DNA from: Felis catus
Lineage: Eukaryota
Direction of reading: 5' to 3'
Length of the DNA stretch: 64,000 nucleotides
Assembly: GCF_018350175.1 (NCBI RefSeq)
Contig: NC_058368.1
Location: 183,026,001-183,090,000 of the forward strand
The position numbers were made by a program, and so were the translations under genes. This document shows, piece by piece, positions 24,929 through 37,399 of this stretch. Positions within the stretch are counted from its first letter, which is position 1; every line of letters begins with the position of its first letter. The notes beneath the pieces were generated by a model that did not search any database, was not told where the DNA came from, and was given only the letters and a program-made list of their open reading frames with translations.

Positions 24929-25574
24929 TCAGTAAAAAAAGACTTCAAGATGCATTGCTAAAATGGAAGACAGTTAATATGAGACAGACGGAGCCATTAG
25001 TAATAGAAATGGTTTATATTTACAGCTCAGACTCTGTAATGGATGCAGAGTGTGGGGAAAAGACGATCTCAGCCATTTCTTTGATGAAGAGCAATGAAAC
25101 TCCAGCAATCATGGCCTGCTAATGTAAGCTATTAGGAAAACGGCAGGGGGCAAGAATTTGTTCACTGTAAGGGAATGCAATATTTATCAGTGCTCATTAG
25201 ACTGTACACTGAAAGTGCACATTATATGGTTTTGCTCTTGCTGAAAATGGTCATTTTACTAAAAACTAAAATAAAGTATAAAAAACAAATATGTTTTGTA
25301 GCTAGATTGCCAGATAAATTTGTGTCTGAACAGTCAAAGGAACCCTCTTAATGAACTAAGCTAAATAGGGCAGGTGATTTTGTTGGGGATTCTACGTGAA
25401 AGTGTAACAACTCAGATCCCAAAAATCTTAGGTAAAGAAAACATAAACGTTATTTTCCTCTTTGTTCCTACATTACACATCTATGAAATGGACAAGTTGG
25501 ATTAGTTTATTTCAAAAAGCCTTAGGATTCTAGCATTCCAGATCTATGAGGCTATATGTGTTATCCAATACTGA

Positions 25575-25820
25575 CTTAATTATCCTTATTATCTTATCCA
25601 ATTATACATATCTTATCATTTTTTCTCTTTTCTCACTCTGCTGAAGCCACACTCTCCTCTGACTGTTCCTCCAAAGTTCTAGGACCATTCCCACCTCATG
25701 ACCCCACACTTGCTATTCCTTCTATCTGGAAGTTTCCTTACCCAGATCACTGAATGGTTCATTCCATTATTTTTCAATTCTGTTAAATGTCATTTTCTCA
25801 TAAGGCTATCCTTACCAGTC
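25575..25820 (+). mobile_element. L2 fragment
   Basis: ctcactctgctgaagccacact...cacttgctattccttctatctggaa...ttaaatgtcattttctca. Confidence 0.7.
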
Positions 25821-26043
25821 TTAAAATGAGCTGGCCAGATGTATATGTCTCTCTGTCTCTTTCTCTCCCTTTTTAATTACTGAAACACTTTGTTTAAGAT
25901 GGAAAGCAATTGCTCCTGAAACATATAATAACTGCAACTTTCATTTCTCAATAGATTGTGGAAGACCAATACTCCTGCTGAAACAACTAGAAAAAATTCT
26001 AGATAATTTTTTTAAATTATATTTTTAAAGATATCAGAGGTTT

Positions 26044-26255
26044 GGGGCACCTGGGTGGCTCAGTCAGTTGAGTGTCAACCTCTTGGTTTTGGCTTAGGTC
26101 ATGAGCTCACAGTTTCATGAGTTCGAGCCCTGCACCGGGCTCTGAACTGGTGGTGTAGAACCTCCTTGGGATTCTCTCTCTCTTTCTCTCTCTACCCTTT
26201 CTCAACTCTCACTGTCTCTTTATCAAATAAAAACTAAAATAAAAGAAGTAAAAAT
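26044..26255 (+). mobile_element. CanSINE
   Basis: ggggcacctgggtggctcag head, B box gttcgagcc; TSD tatcagaggttt. Confidence 0.94.
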
Positions 26256-26562
26256 ACATATGTATCAGAGGTTTGTGGAAGCAAAGAGGACAAGATGAAC
26301 TAAAATCTTTAAGAGAGGAAACAATTTTCTTCTTGAGGACATTTTGTTGATTATGGACACAGACTAAGGATCAGACCAATTACAGACAGAAAGGCTTTGT
26401 TGGTGGGGAAAAATAAAAATCAACACACAACTTCTGGTAGATATATGGCAATGGAATAAAAAATAAAAATTTCAGTGGTATTAAATGCATAAACAGATTC
26501 CTCCTGGGGGCATTTTCTGAGTTAGGGTTGTGCATGAGTCTAAGGAACTAGGGTATATATAT

Positions 26563-26780
26563 TTAAAAAAAAATTTTTTACATTTATTTTATTTTTGAGA
26601 AGCAGAGAGAGAGTACAAGTGAGGGAGGGGCAGACAGAGAAGGAGGCACAGAATCCGAAGCAGACTTCAGGCTCTGAGCTGTCATCACAGAGCCCAATGC
26701 GGGGCTCAAAATCACAAACCGTGAGATCATGACCTGAGCTGAAGTCAGAGGCTTAACCGACTGAGCCACACAGGCGCCCC
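26563..26780 (-). mobile_element. CanSINE
   Basis: Perfect TSD aaggaactagggtatat at 26542-26558 and 26781-26797. Confidence 0.96.
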
Positions 26781-28040
26781 AAGGAACTAGGGTATATTAA
26801 AAGTATCTAAAAGATTGAATAAAACCTCATGTTCTTCATAGTAATTATAAAACAGACATGCCAAAGAGAAGGAGTCTATCTCAAGCATACATCCTGTCTT
26901 TCCCTCAAGATATGCATTTGATCTTGAAGTTTTGTGTGATATAACAAAAGAAATATGGGCTAGGAACTTATGAAAGAAGAAATTTTCCAAAAGATTCCTG
27001 GGTTAAAGAGACCCATAAAAGGAAGGCTCTCAAATAAAAGCCAGGAAGGCTAATCTCTAAACAAAACAAAACTGAGAGAAACTGAGTCTTACTAGAACTG
27101 CAACCTGTCCCCAAATCAGCTTAATTCCTGATTAAATTGAGGTAATCGGTCTCTCACTTTATCTACTAAACAAAAAAAAAGAAAAAAAAGAAGAAAGAAA
27201 ACTCTCTCTGGAATTAGATAACATCACCAGAAGTCTCTACCGTTTCTTCATACAGAAGCTCTTGCAAACAGCCATTCAAAGTTGCAAAAAAATATGATTC
27301 ATAATTGAAAGAAAAATATAGACAATAGAAGCAGATGCACAGATGGTTCAGATACTGCAATTTTTGTTTTCATTCATCCTAGTATATTTTCTAATTCTTG
27401 TCATTTCTTACTTGAAACATTGGTTATTTAGAAATATGTTGTTTAATTTCCACATATTTTCCAAATTCCCAAGTTTTCTTCTGTTATTGACTTGTATTTT
27501 CATTCCACTGTGGTAACACAATATATTTTGTATGGTTTCAGTCACTTTTTAACTTATTGAATTTTGTTTTATGGCCCAGTGTATGGTCGATCTTTGAAAA
27601 TGTCCCATGTGTACTCAAGGAGAATGAATATTCTACTGTTGGAAACCGTATTTTATAGATTTCTTTTGGGTCAGGTTGGTTTATACTGTTGTTCAAGTCT
27701 TTTATGTTCTTGCTGATATTCTAATTGTTCTTTTATTAAATGTGGGCATTTTAAGTTTCAAACTATTACTTTTGAATTATCTATTTTCCCCTTCAATTTT
27801 TTATGTGTCTGCTTTATGTATTTTTCATTGCTGTTGTCAGGTGCATGTATATTTATTAATTGTTATATCTTCTTGATCAATTGATCCTTTATCTTTATAA
27901 ATGTCTTTATTTTTCTCTAGTAATGAAATCCATCTTGTTTGTTACTATTATAGTTGCTCCAACCTTTTTTTTTTTCTTTGCTTTCGGTTTTCATGATCTA
28001 TCTTTTTCTATCCTTTTACTATCAATCTATTTGTGTCCTT

Positions 28041-28726
28041 CTCTTTCTATTTTTTTCCCCTCTGGTTTTATTGAGAAATACCTGACATATAGTGATGTGT
28101 AAGTTTAAGTTATGAGCACAATAGTTTGCTTTACAGATATCGTTAAATGATTACCACAATAGGTTTAGTTAATATCCATCATCCCATATAGATGTAAGTA
28201 AAAAAGAAAAAGAAAAAGAAAAAAAAAGACCCGAGGATAGAGAACTTTTAGGATCTACTTTCTTAATTTTCCCATATATCATAGAGCAGTGTTAGCTATA
28301 GTCACTATGTTGTATATTACATTTCTGGTAGTATAACCCAAAGTTTGTATTTTGGCCACCTTCCTCTAATCCCCTCTCCCCCACCTTCCTGAATCTGGTA
28401 AACACAAATGAGATCCCTTTTCCTGTGACTTTTATGGGGTTTTGTTTTCTTTTGTTTTAAGGTTCTACAGTGAAATAATACAGTATTTGTCTTTCTTATT
28501 CTGAATTATTTTGCTTAGCATAATGCCTTCAAGTTCCATCCATGTTGTCACAAATGGTAAGGATTTCCTCATTTGTTATGTCTTAGCTAATGTAAATAAT
28601 GCTGTTATAAACATGGGGATGCAGATATCTTTTCGAGTTAGTAGTTTTCTTTTTTTTGGATGTATCTCCAGAAGTAGAATCAGTGGATCTTATGGTAGTT
28701 CTATTTTCAGGTTTTTGAGGAACTTC
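28041..28726 (-). mobile_element. L1 3' end (L1MA/carnivore-type) nested in the older L1
   Basis: ttttattgagaaata...gcttagcataatgccttcaagttccatccatgttgtcacaaatgg; TSD ctatttgtg(t/a)c near 28027 and 28727. Confidence 0.85.
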
Positions 28727-29392
28727 CTATTTGTGACTTTGAATCTAAAGTATATACCTTGTAGACACCATATAGTTGGGTCACGTTATGTTTATTCATT
28801 TGGCTAAAACCCACCTTTAGTTGGAATTTTAATTAATTAAACTAAATAAAGTATTTAAACAATATATTTAATGTAACGACTAAGATATTTATGCTTATAG
28901 TAATAAGTATAAAATACTGAGAGAATTTATGTCTACCACTTTGCTATTTCTTCTATACATGTCTAGTATTTTTCAGTTTCTCTATCCCTTTATTCTTCTG
29001 TATTAAATAGATTTTTTAGTGTACTTTAATTCCCTTATTTCTTATTTTATTATTTAATGTAAAATTATTTTCTTAGTGGTTGTCCTGGGGATTACAATTA
29101 ACATCTTAATTTATAACATTTTAATTCAGATTAACATCACCTTAATTTAAATAGTACAGAAAAAGAAACAAAAACTGTGCTCCTATGTAGTGTCATTCCT
29201 TCCCACCTTCTTCGTGCTGTTATTGCCCTACAAATTACATATTATACATTATGTGCTCATGAATATGAATTTGTAATGACTGCCTTGTGCAAGTTTCTTT
29301 TATATCAAATAGGAGAGAAAAGAGTTGCAGACAAAAAAATACATCTATAACATGTTATATATTTATATATGTTGCTATGCTTACTGGAACTC

Positions 29393-29424
29393 TCTTCTTC
29401 TTCTTCTTCTTCTTCTTCTTCTTC
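29393..29424. repeat. (CTT)n microsatellite
   Basis: Direct inspection; source of the poly-L and poly-S ORFs. Confidence 0.95.
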
Positions 29425-30259
29425 ACATGGATTTGACTTATTGTCTAGTGCCCTTTCAGCTTACAAAACTCTCTTTAGTATTTCTTGTAGGGCAGGTCCA
29501 TTGGCAACAAAGTTTTGTTTGGATTTGTTTTTCTGGGTATGTCTTAATTGCTTATTTTTGAAGGGTAGTTTTATTGGATACAAAATTCCTTATTGATAAT
29601 CATTTTCTTTCAGCTCTTTGAATATGTCATCACATCATCTTCTGGCATCCATGGTTTCTAATTATCAACTAGTTGATGATTGTGGATGATGAGTCACATC
29701 TCTCTTGCTGCTTTCAGGATAGTTTTTGGTTTTCAGTAGTTTCATTATGACATGAACAGATACAGATAATTTTGTCTTTATCCTGCTTGAATTTTGTTGA
29801 GCTTGTTGGCTATATAGCTTCTTGGTTTTTCATCAAATATGAGAAGTCTTTGGCCATCATTTCTTCAAAAATTCTTTCTTTCACTATCTCCTCTCCTGTC
29901 CTCTTAGAACTGTCACTTTATGTATGTTGATAAACTTTATGATGGGCTAGGTTTCTAAAGCATTGTTTCCTTTTCCACATTCTTTTTTTTCCCATTTCTT
30001 ATTCTGAATAATATCAACTGAGTGGTCTTCATGATTACTAATTTTATCTTGACTGATCAAATATATTGTTTAGTTCCTTAGGTGGATTTTAAAATTTTAG
30101 TTATAGTACTTTTCAACTTAAGAATTTCTATTTAGAAAAAGAAATAGAATTTATTTTTAGTCCTTTTTTATAATTTCTATCTGTGTATTGATATTACATA
30201 TTTGGTGAAATATCTATCTATATACATATCTAATATATCTAATATATATATGATATAAT

Positions 30260-30326
30260 AGATCTAATATATATATGATATATATATCACATTATATGAT
30301 ATATATATCATATATATATTAGATCT
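30260..30326. repeat. Perfect AT-rich inverted repeat (30 bp arms, 7 nt spacer)
   Basis: agatctaatatatatatgatatatatatca-cattata-tgatatatatatcatatatatattagatct. Confidence 0.95.
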
Positions 30327-31509
30327 TTAGACGTGATTTCCTTTTATTCATTAAATATTAAAATAACTAATTTAAAATCTTTGTCCAGTAAATCTAATAT
30401 CTGGGCTTTCACAGGGAAACTTTCTATTGATTATCCTCCCCACCCCCATTTATAGTCCATAGTTTGTTGCTTTATGCATGTCTTACAATTTTTTGGTAGA
30501 AACAGTATATTTTAAATAATATAATGTGGTGTCTTGAAAATCAGATTCTCCCCTTCCCACAGAGTTTGTGGTTGTTGTTATTGTTCCTGTTTTTGTTGCT
30601 GTTTGTTTAGTGATTTTTTTTGAACTAATTCTATAAAAGATGTATTCTTGTCTTGTGTGGTCCTTGAAGTCTCTACTTGGTTAACTTAGTGGTTAGATAA
30701 GTGTCTGGAACCAGTAAGTCATCCTGTCTTTGCTGAGGGCATACTTTCAACCTTGGCCTTCACTTCCTTCTTGCATGGATCCTCAGGGTCAGCCAAAGGT
30801 GATGACTTAGGGATTTCTCAGTTCTTTTGTGAGCATGTGTACAGACCAGGGCATATATATAGCCCTACACATACATGTGTATTTCGATTCTTTTTATGTC
30901 AGAGTTTTTTAAATATTCTAAAGACATTCTACAGACATTTCACTCCTAGTCTTTGTTTTAGACTTTTAGTTGTTTGCACCAATGGCTATCTGTTGCCTCT
31001 AACTGTGATAAAGTTAAAGGATTTCTCATAAGTCTTGACAAATACCCCCAGCCACAAAGCATTTGCACTAAGGGAGGTCCAAATTAGGACAAAGATAACC
31101 TTGCAAATGGGAAATTCCTGGAAGCTACCAGGTCAAATAATGACAACTTTATGAGAATAAGGCTTTGGAGAAGTTCCTCCCCTGTCCTGGTAGCTAGCCT
31201 ACTGTTGGTTTTTACTGTAATTTGTGGGCTATTGGGTTTTTCTGTTTGTTTGTTTGTTTTTTGTTTTTTGTTTTTTAAAGATACTGTCAGGTTGGACATT
31301 ATGTGATGGGAACATGGAAAGATCAACTGCCTCAAAACTCATCATTTTTATTAAGATTTAGCACATTTTTATTGGAATAAATATGTTGCAGATTGCTGCC
31401 ATCCTTTGGTTAATTTTCAGAATTATGCAGAGCTGACTCTAAGAATTCCTTTTTTGTTTTTCTTTTGCTTTTATCGAGCAAAAATTATTTGGGGGTCCTT
31501 ACTCCACCA

Positions 31510-32309
31510 TTTTCATTATTTTCCCTCCTCAGACATTGTAGTTAACATAAGAAAACTTTAAAGTAACTGTGATGAATAGTTCACGAAAATAAAGGAAAAA
31601 AATGGTTAGAGTGTAAGAAAGGCTGTAGAATTACACAAGAATATTGGAATCAATGAAAAGAGTCAAATTAACATTCTAATAAAGAAAAATATAATATCTA
31701 AATTATGATCTCATAAGATAAATTTAACAGCAGATTGAACATAGCAGAAAAGAGAACTAATAAAACAAAAGAAAAATAAGAAGACCAAACAAGTTGAGAG
31801 AAGAGAGAGAAGAAATAATTTAAAACCACAGGTAACAGGATAAGATACACGTGGAATCAGTTCAAATATTCCGACATATGATTACTTGGGGTTCTAGAAC
31901 AAAAGAACAGAGAGAATGATGTGGGAATAATCTTTACAGAAATAATGGCAGATAATTTCCCAAAAATGATAAAAGGCATCAACCCAAAGGTTTAAAATGC
32001 TCTGCAAACAAAAAGTAGGTAAACACACAGAAAACCACGTCTAGATTCATCAGGATCAAAGTACTGAAAGCCAAAGGCAAACAAAATATTGTAAGTACCA
32101 AAAATAAAAAAAAATAATAATAAAATAAAAAAAGATGCATAGCTATCAGTAAACCAACAATAAGACTAATATGTGACTTTTCAATAAAAATAATGAGTCA
32201 CAAGATAATGAAAATACCATCTCTAATATGCTCAAAGAAAATATTACCCAAGCTAGAACACTACTTCAGTGAAAATAACTTGAAAAATAAAGGTAAAATA
32301 AACATTTTT
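31510..32309 (+). mobile_element. Old L1/HAL1 ORF1 remnant
   Basis: tttaacagcagattgaacatagcagaaaagaga; gaaataatggcagataatttcccaaaaatgataaaaggcatcaaccc; ctcaaagaaaat. Confidence 0.75.
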
Positions 32310-32371
32310 AAAGTTTACTTATCTATTAGCTAATTTGGACAAGTATATTTACCCTAATGTTCTGTTTTTAT

Positions 32372-32501
32372 GACTAATCTTTTTTTAGACCAGGTTAGGT
32401 TTACAACAAAACTGAGAGGAAGATCCAGAAGTTTCCCATGCATACATGCATAGTCTCTTTACATTATCAGCATCATTCACCAATGATATTTTCTTTCTTT
32501 T

Positions 32502-32552
<51 letters not shown>

Positions 32553-33050
32553 CTTTTTTCAGTCTACCCAAGAATAAGCCTACATTATCACATCATAATC
32601 CATAGTTTATCTGAGTTTCATTTGGTGTTGTACATTCTATGGGTTTAGAAAAATGTATAATGTCATATATCCATCACATGGTATCAAACAGGGAATATTT
32701 TCTCTGCCCTAAAAATCCTCTGTGCTCTGCCTATTCATTTCACTCCCTTATACCCACCCCAACTAATGGCTGATCTTGTCACTGTGTTCACAGTTTTGTT
32801 TTTTCTAGTCTGTTATGTAGCTAAAATCACAGTATGTAACCTTTTCAGATTGGCTTTTTCACTTAGAAATGTGTATTTAAGTTTTATTCATGTCTTTTCT
32901 TTTTAGTGTTGAATAATATTCCATTATCTGGATGGACTACAATTTACTTATCCATTCACCTAATGAAGCACATGTCCCTTGGTTCCAAGTTTTGACAATT
33001 ATGAATAAAGCTGCTATAACATCCATGTACAGAATTTGTGTGGAAATATT
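32372..33050 (-). mobile_element. L1MC-like 3' end containing (TTTC)n at 32489-32553
   Basis: ttaggtttacaacaaaactgagaggaag...ttggtgttgtacattctatgggttt...ctgccctaaaaatcctctgtgctctgcc. Confidence 0.8.
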
Positions 33051-33067
33051 TCTCCATTTTTCAAGAC

Positions 33068-33385
33068 TTTTTTTTTTTAGGAAAGCTTTAAGTTCATAAG
33101 AAAATTTAGAGAAATATACAGAGATTTCTCATATACACTCAGCCCCCATATATACTTAACCTCCTCATTGTCAACATCTTCAAAGGGTGCTATTTTTGTT
33201 ATAATTGATGAACTTACATTAACAGGTCATATCACCCAAAGTCCATAGTTTCCATTGTGGTTAACTTTTGGGGTTCTACATTCTATGGATTTGTACAAAT
33301 GTATTATTTGTATCACTGTATCAAATGTATCACTGTATATTATAGTATCTTAAAGTGTATTTTCACTGCCCTAAAAATCCTCGGT
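33068..33385 (-). mobile_element. Second L1MC-like 3' end
   Basis: Poly-T, then aatatacagagatttctcatatac...cacccaaagtccatagttt...ttcactgccctaaaaatcctc. Confidence 0.8.
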
Positions 33386-35132
33386 AATTCACCAAAATAA
33401 ACATTTTAAGGAACAAAAGCTTGTAAATCAAAATAACATTATAGAAAAAAAAACAAGTAAATAATCATTTTGATTCTGAGAAAAATACAAGATGCTATGA
33501 GTATTGAATGAGATTGGATCCAGTCTCTCAAATCAGGAAAGACTTATCTGGGAAAGTAACTCAATAATTGGTAGTAACTAAAGACAACTGAAACTGGGAT
33601 AGCAAAAAAAGTTAAAAGGATGTAAATTGTCAGTAGCAACTAATCAAAGATCTGAAGTCACAGCCTGTGTTTAAAGATAGTTCTTTCTTTTATTAGGTAC
33701 TACTAGGTATTTAAGCAATTTTTTATGAATGATGATATTATTTATTGTGAATATTAATAATATTAAAGAAAACAAGGTCTATAGCTAATTTTAGGGGCAA
33801 GGAAAAGATTTCCTTCACCAGAGGACTAATAAGAATCCAAAATCAGATGTTCACTCACATTTTTAAAGATTTGTTTTCTCTACAAAATTAAATATCACAT
33901 TGTAGAATGAAAATTTATTCCCTTAACAGTTACTTACTCCTTTATGTAAATGCAGTTATCAGCGGCTTTTAAAAGACTAAAACAGAAAAGAGAGAAGAGG
34001 GTATTTGTATACTGGGTACCTGCATCAAGTGGAACATAAATGGGGGACATACAATGCTGAAAACCAGTAAATATCTGAAAAGGTAAGGTGCATGAAAACA
34101 CATTTCATCAATATCCCTGTTGTGCTCAGGAATGGATTTTACTCTTCCTCAAAAGTGGGAAGGATGAATGGAGACAGGGATTAGAAGAGGGGTGCATTTA
34201 CTACAAAGATTATTAAATTAAAATTACAAGCTTCAAGTTTTCCTTGTCAGAAGTACAATAGAGAGAAGCTGAGAGTTGGGATATCTTTCTCCAGGAACTA
34301 TTTAGTTTTGCTTTGTGGCACATTATAAGGCAAATGATATTTGCTTTACCTTGGTTTTAACTAGATCAGGGTTGGCTTTTAGGAGGCTTTTAGGAGGACT
34401 TGTCTATTTCCTATTTCCAGCTGCCTATCCCCTATTCTATCCTTGACTGGAAAGCAAACAACCAAATAGAGTTCCTTGATGGTTGGAAATCACCATGGTG
34501 AAATAACTAGTGACTTAAAGTTTGGTCATATTGTCAGTGGCTTATCTTGCTGCATTTGTGTTAATTTCAACTCTAGTGTCAGAATTCGGGTACCAAACTT
34601 CCAGATCAAAATTTCAAAAACTCAGTTTTCACCCTTATTATCCCATTCCCAGCATGCCATCCCCATTTTCTAATGGTAATAATGACACCTCTCTCATCAT
34701 CATAATCTGGGAGTCTGTTTAATACCGATAAAAGACATATTCTGGTAAAATCAGCTCCTTACCCTACTGGGACCTATGATCTGCTCTACCTTCAAGGACT
34801 TCTTTTTAAGTGAGTAGGTTAAACAAATGCCTTTTCTTTTCTCCTTCCAAAATAGAATTTAAATTACAGTAAAGATTTTTTTTTTAATGACATAAAGACA
34901 ATGTGAGAGCAGACAAAATTAGATTAATAGAGGTTAGGCCAATTTTGGAAGATGTAAAATGGAGTGATATCTGACTTAGTAAAGGAAGCTAAAAGTGAAC
35001 TTTGTGAAAGTAACTAACAAGAACTAACAAGAAGTGGGCTAAATGTATTGCAGAACTATAACAAACTTGAGGAATTCCAGACACTAAAGCTTAAGGCTGT
35101 GTAGAATAGGGATACAAATATAGGGATAAGGT

Positions 35133-35355
35133 GGGGCGCCTGGGTGGCGCAGTCGGCTAAGCGTCTGACTTCAGCCAGGTCATGATCTCGCGGTCCGGGA
35201 GTTCGAGCCCCGCGTCAGGCTCTGGGCTGATGGCTCGGAGCCTGGAGCCTGTTTCCGATTCTGTGTCTCTCTCTCTCTCTGCCCCTTCCCCGTTCAAGCT
35301 CTGTCTTTCTCTGTCCCAAAAATAAATAAACGTTGAAAAAAAATTAAAAAAAAAT
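35133..35355 (+). mobile_element. Felid CanSINE (SINEC_Fc-like), young
   Basis: A and B boxes intact, CpG-rich; TSD atatagggataaggt at 35118-35132 and 35356-35370. Confidence 0.97.
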
Positions 35356-35400
35356 ATATAGGGATAAGGTAAATGTCTGAATAAAGGCGTAGTTAGACAC

Positions 35401-35720
35401 TTTCTTAGATAGGGGTGGATTTTAAGAGAAATAGCCCCAGATGGGGATTCTTATGCAAGTCATTCATTAAGGAGTGTTCTTAGAAAAAAAACCTATAAGA
35501 AAGAAGGATAGAGCAATGGAGGAAGCTAAGCAAAATGTAGTTTCAGAAGCTGCTATCTGGCCTCAATCTGAACCCATGGAGAACTCTAGAGTATGGCATC
35601 ACAGTGTTGCCTCCCCTTCAGGATAGAGTATGGCATCACAGTGTTGCCTCCCCTTCAGGAGAGGAAGTCAGGTTTTTGTACTCATATGAGTCAGTAACTG
35701 GCTGAAGGAACTACCACTAG
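35401..35720 (-). mobile_element. ERVL LTR (LTR16-like), partial
   Basis: gatggggattcttatgcaagtcattcattaaggagtgttct...ggaagctaagcaaaatgt; similar to 52956-53415. Confidence 0.65.
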
Positions 35721-37399
35721 AGTGACCTGGGAAAATATCTTTTTAATGGAGGTGTATCTATTAAAAATTTTTTATTAAAAACACATTTTAAAATGTTTGG
35801 GTCCATATGACTTATATTGATGTATTGATGGATATTTTGAACAATGGAATACAGAAGATGTATATACATATTTTTTTATTAACTGGTCAATGCACATAAA
35901 GATTGTTCATAGTGCTCAGGTAATATCTTTTCATTTTCTGGTAAAGATACTATCTATTCATGTTCTAGATTTTCAAATATGTCATTCCAGTATAATTTCA
36001 TATATCTTACTAGGTGAAAAAATAAGTAGCAATGCTGTTCTTCAGAACCTGTTTCTATTGAAATAATATAAATTTTCTTACCTCTATCATTTATTTAATA
36101 AGTTTGAATTATTTCTCATGACACTGCATCATCCATTATGCTGGTCAGTAATAGTGGATTCTACAGATTTTCTAAAAGGCTGTAGGAATGTTTTGTTAAT
36201 GATGACCACAAATGCAAGTCTGACCTCAAGTGCATAGGAAAATGTGAATGATATATTTTTTTCTCATCATGTTAGGTTTAGTATTCTAGAATTTTGATGT
36301 AAAGATGACACAACACAATTTTCAACTATGTCTTCTCTTGAGCTCTTTACACTATAATTACTACATTCTTAGAGTGTTCCGACCTTCCACACCATCACCG
36401 CCAGGGAAGAGAGGGAAGAGGCCTATGGCCAGAGTGAGAAGAGCCAAGCCATTTATTAACACAAGGAATGTCCATCCTTTGTCCAAAATGGCTAGAAAAC
36501 AAATTAAGAGAGCACAACCTCACCACATAAGCCAGAGGCAAAATAAAATATTAATTGAAATGACCCACTGGATTAAAAAGCAAAGGTCTTAAAAGTTTTA
36601 GGAGGTGATATGCACAAGCACGAGAAGACAACCTGACACATGGTGTAGGTTCTGAAGGGGTGTTAAGAATACTGGCAAAGTGTTAATTAAATAAAAAACA
36701 CTGACTACCACTCCACCGTCACTGGGGGCTGTAAAGGAGAGGGAGCACTATGGTAGGAACACAGACAGACAATAGGTAACACACAGGCTCATACATAGGC
36801 TCAAACTCATGGGTTGGTGGTAGACCAATGATAAAAGAGATGCAATCTCATTCTGTGTCTGACATGAGTAAGAATAACCACAAATTAGTATGTCAATACC
36901 ATGCCAGTGGCCCAAACTCATATTGTTCTGTAAAGAATTATCTTGATGGTCAGTGGAAGCAATTCACTTGCCAGAATGTCTTTATGGAATTGGAGTCAGC
37001 CATGGGATCCTGGAATGACCCCAGAAACTTGAATCCAGGATTTCCTCAGAATATTTGGTTAACCTCACATGGGTGGGGTGACAAAAGTGCTCCAAAGTAG
37101 AGAAATAGAGTATAGGTCCAGAGTCTAGGCTCAGGACCTCCCTATCCCCAGCATACTGCATGGTGCTCTTGCTCCTGGTAGCCCAACACATGAGAAGGGA
37201 CTTCTGCAGAGGAAGGCGCTGTAAAGCACACGGGTCCCTCAGAATAGTGGCACTCACATCTCCCCTACCCTCAAAGAATATTACTGGAAGCTGAAAAGTC
37301 CCATACACAAGGTTTTTAGATACCAAAGTTTGCATGATTCCCTAGTAAGTGGTCATGTCCCCAATGTAAGCTATTCTAGTAAACAAAGTGTGCTCCTGT

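Larger units (their letters stand above)
25890..27361 (+). mobile_element. Old L1/HAL1 5' region and ORF1 start (continues at 31510)
   Basis: aagatgg start; gacaatagaagcagatgcacagatggttcagatactg resembles the ORF1 N-terminal region. Confidence 0.5.
27362..31509 (-). mobile_element. Old LINE-1 with 5'UTR, ORF1 and EN only (3'-truncated)
   Basis: EN-like gttgtttaatttccacatatt...ttgaaaatgtcccatgtgtactc; ORF1-like ttcagctctttgaatatgtc...ttggccatcatttcttcaaa; 5'-end-like ccttactccaccatttt near 31500. Confidence 0.75.

Noticed and set aside
36380..37335. Resemblance of broken minus-strand frames to DHHC palmitoyltransferase, V1R, YIPF or INSIG motifs, and ORF 36982..37335 as a gene
   Set aside because: Each match needs several frameshifts and wrong spacing, and they point to unrelated families, which indicates chance similarity; no gene name assigned.
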